A stretch of 64,000 bases of DNA from Macrostomum lignano. Taxonomy: Eukaryota. The stretch is from the NCBI GenBank assembly GCA_002269645.1, contig NIVC01001166.1, forward strand, positions 186,001-250,000. The letters run 5' to 3'. This document shows, piece after piece, positions 49,160 to 59,455 of the stretch. Position 1 is the first letter of the stretch. Each line of letters starts with the position of its first letter. Below the pieces are notes generated by a model. The model made no database searches and was not told the DNA's origin. It saw only the letters and a list, made by a program, of their open reading frames with translations. A program made the position numbers and the translations under genes.

Positions 49160-49740
49160 AATCGATTGTAACACAAGGTCCCGAGTTCGAGCCCCATAAA
49201 AAATCTACACAGCCATTCGACTATACTACAGGGTACCGGCTTCGAGTCCCATAATCTAAAGTCGTTTAACTGTAGCACAAGGTCCCGAGTTCGAGTCCCA
49301 TAATCTACACAGCCATTCGACTATACTACAAGGTGCCGGGTTCGAGTCCCATAATCTAAAGTCATTCAACTGTACTACAAGGTCCCGAGTTCGAGTCCCA
49401 TAATCTACAGTCGCTCGGCTCTACCACAAGTCCCGAGTTCGAGTCCCATAATCTAAAGTCATTCAACTGTACTACAAGGTCCCGAGTTCGAGTCCCATAA
49501 TCTAAAGTCATTCAACTGTACTACAAGGTCCCGAGTTCGAGTCCCATAATCTAAAGTCATTCAACTGTACTACAAGGTCCCGAGTTCGAGTCCCATAATA
49601 TAAAGTCATTCAACTGTACTACAAGGTCCCGAGTTCGAGTCCCATAATCTAAAGTCATTCAACTGTACTACAAGGTCCCGAGTTCGAGTCCCATAATATA
49701 AAGTCTTTGAACTGTACTACAAGGTCCCGAGTTCGAGTCC
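49160..49740 (+). repeat. 49-bp satellite resembling a tRNA 3' half (B-box array) between PUS7 and SART3
   Basis: Unit CATTCAACTGTACTACAAGGTCCCGAGTTCGAGTCCCATAATCTAAAGT, about 12 copies. Confidence 0.9.
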
Positions 49741-49972
49741 AAAAGTTTTCTGCGTTCTAATTGCAATATATAAACTAAAGTACAAAGAATCGAAAAAATA
49801 CCAACTAAATTAAACAGTACATGCTGGAAAATGCATTGTCAATGTTTTTTAAAAATTTCCTTTTACTTCAACCTTGCAATCACGGGTAATTTTCGCAGCA
49901 TTTTTTCAACTGTCACAGCTTGTCAGCTAATGCATGATTACATGGACACAAAATTTCAGATATCAAAGCAAA

Positions 49973-52900
49973 TTAGCGGCAGCTCAGCACAGAAATCTGG
50001 CCTCGGCTGAGCTCTCGAACAGCCATCGTGGCGTAGGCCGACTTTGGCAGCCGCATTCGCAGCAGAATTGCCGATTTCAAATCCCCAGTCTCCTCAGACG
50101 ATGAAGCTATCAGCTGATGCTGCTGCTGGTCGGGTTTGTTGAGCAGATCCCGGTCCGACAGCAGCAGAGGGAGCCGGGGATCTGTGTAGCGCAGGAGACT
50201 GTAGCTCACGCCCTGGGGTCTCACAATCAACGGCCTGATGAGCAAAGGTTTTATAATAATGTGATAAGAGATTTTTATGGCCAGCTGTCTGAGGCCGATT
50301 TTTATGGCCAGCTGTCTGAGGGCGATTCTTATGGTTTAATGCCTGAAGGAGATTTTTATGGTCAAATTCCTGAGGGCGATTTTTATGGTCAACTTTCTAA
50401 GGGCGATTTTTATGGTCAAATGTCTGAAGGAGATTTTTATGGTCAAATGACTGAGGGCGATTCTTATGGTCAAATGTCTGAGGGCGATTTTTATGGTGAA
50501 ATGTCCCAAAATTTCCCAATTCGCGCGCACCTGTAGGATCCCGGCAGTGACAGGTCCTTGACCCGGTGCCGGAGGTCAGCCAAGGTCAGGCCGTCCTCGG
50601 CGAGCATGTCGCGCAGCGCGTCGGCGATGGCGTTGCCGGGCAGCCGGACGTCGAAGCCGGGCAGCGGCAGCACCACGCTGGCCAGCTCGCAGCTGTCCGG
50701 GTCGGCCGGACAGCCGGGCTGGTCGCCGCCAATCTCCCTGATGGAGCCGTCGGGCAGCTGCACGAGGTCGCCCAGAGCCGGCTTGGGGCCGTACAGCTTC
50801 AACCGAGCAGTTGCCAGCCGATTCCACAGCAGACTCTGATAGCTGTGGCCGAACAGCTGCAGCATATTCCTAGGCAGAGCCTGCAGAGCGGACAGGTTCG
50901 CTTGTCCGCCGTTGCGAGCGATGCCCAGCAGGAGGCTGCGCTCAAGGCCGGTGCGCATTTTTGCCGCGCACGTGGCCGCATCGCCGTCCTTTTTATAGGC
51001 CAGCTTCCAGCGCCGAGCCGTCGGATTGTCCGCGCCGCACGGCTCCAGTATTCGATCGATGGCCAGAGACCACTGGCAGCGGAGCAGGGCGCGGCCGACT
51101 TCAAACGTGCCGCCGTTGCCGGACTGGCCGAAGCGTTGCAAACCAAAGTAATTCACGAAGCCGGCGGATTTTAGCGAGGCTACGCTGCTAGCGATGTCCT
51201 CGGAGCTGGCTTGGACGTCTCTGATTGGGGTGGTTGATAATTATAATAGTAGATAGATTTTAATTTGCAGGCTTAGGACTGCTTTTTGGATTAGCGTGTG
51301 TACATTGGGGTTTGGAGAGGCAGTGAGTGGGGAGTAGGGCTTCGGGAAGCGTGTGTACATTGGGGTTTGGAGGGCCAGTGAGTGGGGGTAGGGCTTCGGG
51401 AAGCGTGTGTACATTGGGGTTTGGAGGGCCAGTGAGTGGGGTAGGGCTTCGGGAAGCGTGTGTACATTGGGGTTTGGAGGGCCAGTGAGTGGGGGTAGGG
51501 CTTCGGGAAGCGTGTGTAAATTGGGGTTTGGAGAGGCAGTGAGTGGGGAGTAGGGCTTCGGGAAGCGTGTGTACATTGGGGTTTGGAGAGGCAGTGAGTG
51601 GGGGTAGGGGTTTGGGAGGCGTGTGTACATTGGTGTTTGGAGAGGCAGTGAGTGGGGGTAGGGGTTTGAGAGGCCTGTTTACATTGGTGTTTGGAGAGGC
51701 AGTGAGTGGGGGTAAGGGTTTGGGAGGCGTGTGTACATTGGTGTTTGGAGAGGCAGTGAGTGGGGTAAGGGTTTGGGAGGCGTGTGTACATTGGTGTTTG
51801 GAGAGGCAGTGAGTGGGGGTAAGGGTTTGGGAGGCGTGTGTACATTGGTGTTTGGAGAGGCAGTGAGTATGGGTAGGAATGAGTGCATATTAGGGTTCGG
51901 AGGGCTGTTAATATCCAGTGCTAATTTCATTATCATCGCAATTAGGCGATCTGGAATGGTATTTACGAAGTTATTTTCTAGTAAAAAATGTTCTTACCGA
52001 ATAATCAAGGAAAACTCGTTTCCCAAGTGATCTCCAAGCCTGAGCGGATTCTGCTTATAGCTGCAAAACAAGAGATTTAAGGTCAACGTGAGAATATGGC
52101 AGAATGCGAGCTTAAAAAAACAAACAAAAAACACAAACAGAAGACAGAGTATGAAGAAACGCAGCAGTTTTTCGTCACCTCCCCTTTCCAAGAAAAGCAA
52201 AGCCAAGAAATGCGAGCCAACCCCACTCCCTCCCAGGAAAAAATGGATGGCCCATTGCGTGTGGAACTCGTGTGAAACCTAAAAGCTGTGGCCTGGAAGC
52301 TGGACTGGGGCGCTAAGTGTTAAAAAAGATCCATCACTCATCTACACGACAACAGCCCATCATCAACAGAGCTCAGCTTTTCTCTCTCTTAAGTAATCTC
52401 TGAAGTCAGTCAATATATAGATATGGAAAATAAGCGAAAGAGGGCAGGTTGCACCATTTTAAAATCCATGAGGAACTTTGACGATTTTTTAACTAAGCAA
52501 CTCACCAAAAGTTTCCAACAGATACGCCGGATATCCGGTTAGCAACTGACTTGATTCGAGCTGCTTCGACTCTGGATTAATGCAATAATTTTTCATTAAA
52601 GTCTCATTACTGAACAAGCTACTATAAGTAATCACAATAGAAAATGATTCTCACTTGTGCACGGAGACCCATTGGCTGGTGACCGCTCGCTTGTCTTTAG
52701 TGCCGCAATAGGCGAAATGAGACGGCTTCATCCTGTGAAAATGGGATTTGTAAGCTATGCGTATCGGAATATTAAAATAATACGCCAAGTGATTGAAAAC
52801 CGACCTCATTCCTCTGGCAATGTTGTCAATAGCATTTAGGGTGCCTTTGCCGTGCAAATGCATTACGAAATGACAATAGGCTCCGCGATCTTTGGGCCAT

Positions 52901-55416
52901 TCGCGTCGCTCTGGAACAAAATTAGCAATTTTTTGTGCGCTCGTTTAACTGCTTAAGGGCGATTTTTCTGACGTGGACTGTGACACTTCAGGGGCGATTT
53001 TTCTACATGGGACTGTGACACTTCAGGGGCGATTTTTCTAAATTACACTGACACCTTAGGGGCGATTTTTCCGACTTGGACTGTGACAGCTCAGGGGCGA
53101 TTTTTCTACATTGGACTGACAGCCCAGGGACAATTTTTCCCGAAATTTTAAAACAGGATTTTAGAGATCGAATCGTACCAACCTTGCTCCGAGCCTCGCT
53201 TCTGCTTGACCAGAATGACTTTGACGCCGTTGCGTTCCGCAGTGTTGCTGCACAGAGCCGGGAACTGGGCTTTGATGCACTTATGTAACTTGGTGCGCCA
53301 CTCTTTGTCTTCGCCGCACTTTAAGGAACAAAATATTTAACAATAATATGTATCTGCAAGTAGCTACTCAGCCATTGACTCAGCTAAAATTCAGCTGCTG
53401 ACTCAGCTAATATTCAGCCGCTGACTCAGCTACTATTCAGCTGCTGACTCAGCTACTACTCAACTGCTGACTCAGCTAATATTCAGCTGCTGACTCAGCT
53501 ACTATTCAGCTGCTGACTCAGCTACTATTCAACTGCTGACTCAGCTACTATTCAACTGCTGACTCCGCTACTATTCAACTGCTGACTCAGCTACTATTCA
53601 ACTGCTGACTCCGCTACTATTCAGCTGCTGTCTCCGCTACTATTCAGCTGCTGACTCAGCTACTATTCAACTGCTGACTCAGCTACTATTCAACTGCTGA
53701 CTCAGCTACTATTCAACTGCTGACTCAGCTACTATTCAACTGCTGACTGAGCTGCTATTCAACTGCTGACTCCGCTACTATTCAGCTGCTGTCTCCGCTA
53801 CTATTCAGCTGCTGACTCAGCTACTATTCAACTGCTGACTCCGCTACTATTCAGCTGCTGACTCAGCTACTATTCAACTGCTGACTCAGCTACTATTCAA
53901 CTGCTGACTCAGCTACTATTCAACTGCTGACTTTGCTACTATTCAACTGCTGACTCAGCTACTATTCAGCTACTGACTCAGCTACTATTGAGCTACCGAG
54001 GACACCTCAAAACATGCCAAGACTTCAGCTCAAGCTCACCTCAATTACAACTTCATCGTTCAACAGTTTAGCGCAATTGTCAAGCGACAATTTAAGCAGC
54101 TGCTGCTTCTGCTCAGAAGTGAGCACATCTTCGGCCTGAAGAAATTTGAAGAAATATTGATATATGCTATATTTGAACCGCAGGTCAAGGCCAGTTAGGA
54201 GAAACTCACATTTTTCACCTCCTTAGGGATCTCCTGATTAGTTAGTCGCGCCAAGCAGCCTGCGCTGTCAACCTCGTGCACGTGAAAGTCTTCCCAGCTG
54301 GGGGATTGGCAAATGGAAATCAGAGGATTGACTAGCATTCCTCTAGTACATTCTATGCACACCCATGAAGGGCCAACCCCCAAGGCACAGAGAATGTACA
54401 TGCCTGACGATTAGAAGTCAGGGCCGCTGTACACCCTCTGTGAGCGCCTGCACACAGTATTGGCGAACTTGCATGTACTCAGGCGTCAGCGGAAGGGCAG
54501 AATTGCCTCAGCGGGGTGCGCGATAACCAGGTTGTACCGGCTTCTTCAGAGCTTTTACTGATTGCTAGCTGATTGCTACCTCTGCACCCGTACGCACGCA
54601 TGAACGAAACATTATTACATTTATAGCCCCATGTGGTCCTTTCTTGCAAAAAAATTCACTTCACATTCTTTTATTGCTACTCGTTAGTAGGCGATCGCTT
54701 ATAACTGGAGTTTCTGTTCTGAACCAAACAATTGAGTTTACATCAACTCCGATTGGTTTCTTGTTCATCATCAGCCTGACGGACCTTCAACATGGATTTT
54801 GGGGGACTTAATCGCAACGAACTATTACTCACTTCGTCTTGAGAGCGCCAGCGAAGCCAGGATGCGAACCCAGATAAGTCTCGATGCCGACGTCGGCCTC
54901 GGCGAATGGCCGGTGCGCCAGCGGGTCCTCGTCCGACTCCTCGTCTGCGTCCTCGTTGTCAACATCCGCGTCAGCGTCCGCATTCTTGGCCACGGTGACT
55001 GCTGTTGCATCCGGCTTGACATCCGCTTTCACTTCGGGTTTGGAACTCAAAAAATCTTCTTCCTGTTTTGATTGCGGTTTTACACCCGGTTCCGCAGGCA
55101 CTTCCGGTCTTGCTTCCGCAGTCACTTCCGGTTTTGCTTCCGCAGGCACTTCCGGTCTTCCTTCCACAGGCACTTCCGGTCTTGCTTCCGCAGTCACTTC
55201 CGGTTTTGCTTCCGCAGGCACTTCCGGTCTTCCTTCCACAGGCACTTCCGGTCTTACTTCCGCAGTAACTTCCAGTCTTACTTCCGCAGTAACATCCGGT
55301 CTTGCTTCCGCCGGCACTTCCGGTTCTGCTTCCGCAGTAGTCACTTCCGGTTTTGCTTCCCCATTAACATCCGCGTCCGAACGCAACTTTTTTGCTACGG
55401 GCTCTTCGGTGGCCAT
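49973..55416 (-). CDS. PUS7: Pseudouridine synthase 7 (TruD family). Exons 55416-54833, 54297-54219, 54135-54040, 53318-53183, 52910-52805, 52732-52655, 52571-52506, 52060-51998, 51220-50531, 50234-49973
   Basis: EADVGIETY, DFHVHE, WPKDRGAYCHF, catalytic YCGTKDKRAVTSQ, LRLGDHLGNEFSLIIR, GFVNYFGLQRFG, HSYQSLLWN, LPGSYR, LPKSAYATMAVREL. All nine introns are GT-AG and phase-compatible. Confidence 0.95.
50265..50505. repeat. 27-bp minisatellite in the last PUS7 intron
   Basis: Unit GAGGGCGATTTTTATGGTCAAATGTCT. Confidence 0.92.
51290..51870. repeat. G-rich minisatellite of about 54 bp in a PUS7 intron
   Basis: Unit GGGTTTGGGAGGCGTGTGTACATTGGTGTTTGGAGAGGCAGTGAGTGGGGGTAA. Confidence 0.95.
53370..53995. 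repeat. 23-bp minisatellite carrying GCTGACTCAGC in PUS7 intron 3
   Basis: Unit GCTGACTCAGCTACTATTCAACT, about 27 copies. Confidence 0.96.
54365..54520. mobile_element. Dispersed repeat, copy 2, in PUS7 intron 1
   Basis: Same blocks and same orientation as 41400-41576, with substitutions and an indel. Confidence 0.7.
55090..55350 (-). repeat. 24-bp coding repeat in PUS7 exon 1 (PEVPAEAK-like x about 11)
   Basis: CACTTCCGGT recurs every 24 bp on the plus strand. Confidence 0.9.
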
Positions 55417-55904
55417 GCAATGGGGAATGTTGTTATCAAGAGTAGGGAACAAGTTTAAACAGTAAAACAAAGAACAATAAAAAAATGTTAATCCTAAAGT
55501 CAGTTTTTATTATCGTTAAAATATTTTTGAAACGATTGGATGATTTTGGAACTACATATCTGGGAGGGGACGCGGAACTATGTGGGAAGTGATTATAATT
55601 ATCTGGGAAGTGATTAAGAACTAGCTGGAATTAGGGACTATCTGGGAAGTGATTGGGAATTATCAGGGAAGTGATTGGGAATTATCTGGGAAGTGATTGG
55701 GGACTATTTAGGAAGTGATTGGGAACTAGAAAGACAATTAAGACTCGCTATATTTTGATGAAATAAAGAACAAACAAAAAAGTCCACTTGTATCCTTAAT
55801 TTGATCAGGATAAAGTTATAAATAATATAATATAATATAAAACATTTTACAGAATATTTTTTGCAATACAAATATCGTCAATGGTTGAATTCTATTACAG
55901 GATT

Positions 55905-58190
55905 TCAATCCCATTTCCACAGCTCCGACCGCAACAGTCGGCCCCACATCGAACTGTAGGGATGCGCAAACTCTGTAGGCCGACCCGACCCGTCAACCAT
56001 AGGGCGGGACTCGTTCGCCCACTTGAATATTGAGCCTTCCAGATTGGCAACTGAGGGCGGCGGAGACTGGCTAGCGGCCGCATCGGAGCTGTCAGTCAGT
56101 TCGGCTGACAGCTGCTGGGCAAGCGATGAGGAGCGGTAGCCGACGCTGCAGTAGCACACTACCCGGCGGGGGGCTGCGGATTCGAGGGCGATTGCACACA
56201 ATTCAGATTGCAGACTATTCAGATTGCACACAATTCAGATTGCACACTATTCAGATGGCACACTATTCAGATTGCCCACTATTTAGATTGCACACTATTC
56301 AGATGGCACACTATTCAGATTGCCCACTATTCAGATTGCAGACTATTCAGATTGCCCACTATTCAGATTGCAGACTATTCAGATTGCAGACTATTCAGAT
56401 TGCACACAATTCAGATTGCACACAATTCAGATTGCACACCATTCAGATTGCACACAATTCAGATTGCACACTATTCAGATTGCACACCATTCAGATTGCA
56501 CACCATTCAGATTGCACACTATTCAGATTGCACACTATTCAGATTGCACACTATTCAGATAGCGAACTATTCAGATTGCACACAATTCAGATTGCACACT
56601 ATTCAGATTGCACACAATTCAGATTGCCCACCATTCAGATTGCAGACTATTCAGATTGCACACTATTCAGATGGCACACTATTCAGATTGCACAGTATTC
56701 AGATTGCACAATATTAAATTACAGACTATTTTAATGAGAATCCCCCTGGAAAACCACACTTTGGTAATTCCCTACTGGGAATCTCACTTAGGGATCCTTT
56801 GGGAAACCATACGACTTATAATTCCCAATTTCAAAATCCTCCCCTTAGGAATTTCCCTCGGAAAATCCCACCTCGGGAATTCCCCATTTGGAATCCAATC
56901 TTGGGAATCCCCTCATTAAGAATTCAACCTTATTAATCTCCATGGGAACTCCCCACCCTTCATAATCCATACTTTTAGACTGCATGTAATTAAAATCCCA
57001 CCATTTTAGACTTGCCATTCTAACCGTATAATTATTTGAAGTGAATAAACCTTTCCTTAAAATATCTTAGGCCTCTCAGTAGATTCTCAAGGTTCTCAGG
57101 TTGTGGATTCTTAAAGGCGTGAATTCTAAAGGAAAAGGACTCTAAAGGGCGTGGTTAACTAAATTCCGTCTTTATTCTAAGAAACTTACAAGTCTCGCGC
57201 ACAATTTGCAAAGCCGCGGCTGGGTCTTTGTAGTCCACATTGATCGCATTAGGCAGGTGGCTGACCGCAAACTCTTCAGGGGCCCTCGAGTCCTGCGACA
57301 TTTAAGAATTCATAAATTTATATGTACTCATTTTATTGAGTTTCTGCAAGTTTACAATAACTCACGAGTCACGAACTGATGCACACGCAATTGGAGGGAA
57401 CAAAGACTAAGCTGCTGAACTAACTGATGCAGAAGCTATTGAAGGGAACAAAGACTATAAGCTGATGCACTGATGCAGAAGCTATTGAAGGGAACAAAGA
57501 CTTTAAGCTGATGCACTGATGCAGAAGCTATTGAAGAGAGCAAAGACTATAAGCTGATGAACTGATGCAGAAGCTATTGAAGGGAACAAAGACTATCAGC
57601 TGACGAACTGATGCACAAGCTATTGAAGGAACAAAGACTAGCAATCGATGGACTGATGCACCAGCTATTGAAGGGAACAGAGACTATCAGCTGACGAACT
57701 GATGCACAAGTTATTGAAGGGAACAAAGACATCAGCTGACGAACTGATGCACAAGCTATTGAAGGGAACAAAGACTAGCTAGTGACGAACTGATGCACAA
57801 GCTATTGAAGGGAACAAAGACTAGCTAGTGACGAACTGATGCACAAGTTATTTAAGGGAACAAAGACTATCAGCTGACGAACTGATGCACAAGCTATTGA
57901 AGGGAACAAAGACTAGCTAGTGACGAACTGATGCACAAGTTATTTAAGGGAACAAAGACTATCAGCTGACGAACTGATGCAGAAGCTATTGAAGGGACAA
58001 AGACTTTTCTATAGCTTCAAACAGTGCTGAGTTAAAAACAAAAGACTAAATTACGCACTAAAAGCAGAGTTTTTCCACTCCCGCCAGCGGCGCCATCATC
58101 CGCAGCCTGCAGACTCTCTGCCAAATCCTCGGTGGCCAATTGGCTGACGCCAGGAAACTTGGCTCGAATGCCAAACAGCACAGTTTGAAA
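55905..58190 (-). CDS. Single-domain rhodanese-like sulfurtransferase. Exons 58190-58059, 57292-57190, 56173-55905; start codon unresolved
   Basis: Spliced: FQTVLFGIRAKFPGVSQLATEDLAESL...TLLL|DSRAPEEFAVSHLPNAINVDY...|SPRRVVCYCSVGYRSS...NLEGSIFKWANE. These are the rhodanese DxR, HLP, active-site Cys loop and L.G.I..W motifs. Confidence 0.88.
56190..56710. repeat. 16-bp minisatellite in rhodanese intron 2
   Basis: Unit ATTCAGATTGCACACT. Confidence 0.96.
57375..57995. repeat. Minisatellite of about 46 bp in rhodanese intron 1
   Basis: Unit GAACTGATGCACAAGCTATTGAAGGGAACAAAGACTATCAGCTGAC. Confidence 0.93.
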
Positions 58191-58689
58191 CTGAAAGCAT
58201 ATTAATTTTTTAAATTTTTATTAGCTAACTAAAAATACTAATGCATCCAAGTAATTCTTAAGAAAAGCCTGTCTGAGAGCAATAAAAATCATGAAATGAG
58301 AAAGACGTATTTCACAATATCGATAGCAATATTAAATTATATTTTGTACACAGATTCACCATAATCGCAATAATAGTCAAATAAAAATAATATAGAAAGC
58401 AACTACAGTAGCTGCTACATTGATGCTGCGCATAAAAATGCCATTGCTGACTTTATCTCGTACATTAAATACCATACTAGTAGCACAGATGCTAGAATAA
58501 CTAGATGTTTCACTCGAATTTAGTCTTTAAAACGTCTACTCTTTTTCAGTAGTTTGTATGCACAGTGTCATTTAAATTTAATTTAGCACCTAAACTTGTC
58601 TTTCCTCTTCAGGGGTTGCGGCCTCAAAAGCATCTAGGGTTATGAATAAACAACAACCATTCAACTTGTACACAATTACAAGTAAACGC

Positions 58690-59090
58690 AGGGTGGACGA
58701 AACTCAGCCTAAGGGACAGGCCCGATCTAGCTCAGCCAATGAGAGAGCAGTAAGGAGAGAGTTTAAAGTCAGACGAACGAAACTCAGCCTAGGGGTAGGC
58801 CCAATCTAGCTCAGCCAATGAGAGAGCAGTAAGGAGAGAGTTTAAAGTCAGACGAACGAAACTCAGCCTAGGGGGTAGGCCCAATCTAGTTCAGCCAATG
58901 AGAGAGCAGTAAGTAGAGAGGTCAAAGTCAGACGAACGAAACTCAGCCTAGGGGGTAGGCCCAATCTAGTTCAGCCAATGAGAGAGCAGTAAGTAGAGAG
59001 GTCAAAGTCAGACGAACGAAACTCAGCCTAGGGGGTAGGCCCAATCTAGCTCAGCCAATGAGAGAGCAGTAAGGAGAGAGGTCAAAGTCA
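58690..59090. repeat. 80-bp x5 repeat with CCAAT boxes between LARP7 and rhodanese
   Basis: TCAGCCAATGAG once per unit, plus CCTAGGGGGTAGGCCCAATCTAG. Confidence 0.93.
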
Positions 59091-59455
59091 CACAAGCGGC
59101 AAGAGGACATCCAACTGTTCATCGACCTGGCTGAGGGCTGGGGCAACACCCCATTACTCTCTTGCTCGCACACACACTGGATTTGGCTTTTTAAGGTTAA
59201 TCCCTGCCATCTTCAGTCTTAAATCCATTCCTTTAAGAGCGTAAAATCATTTCGAGTCTGAAGCTGTCTGGATTCGGAAAAACAGGATGAAGATGCCAAT
59301 TCAATGGGTCTGGTGTAGAAAACCAGGCGATTGTTGCAGCTTAATGGAAATTAAATATCGAAAAAACGCTATTTTGCTACTGAAAAGAGTAGATGAGCGC
59401 ATTTTTGCAAGTGGCATATCTAGTTATTCTAGTGACTAGTAGCAACAATCTACAA

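Noticed and set aside
49160-49740. Functional tRNA genes in the B-box array
   Set aside because: There is no D-arm or A box and no acceptor stem; only the 3'-half-like segment is repeated.
56740-56960. NF-kB-like GGGAATTCCC/GGGAATCCCC cluster
   Set aside because: Part of a degenerate GGGAAT/ATTCCC low-complexity repeat; no evidence for function, and NF-kB presence in this lineage is uncertain.
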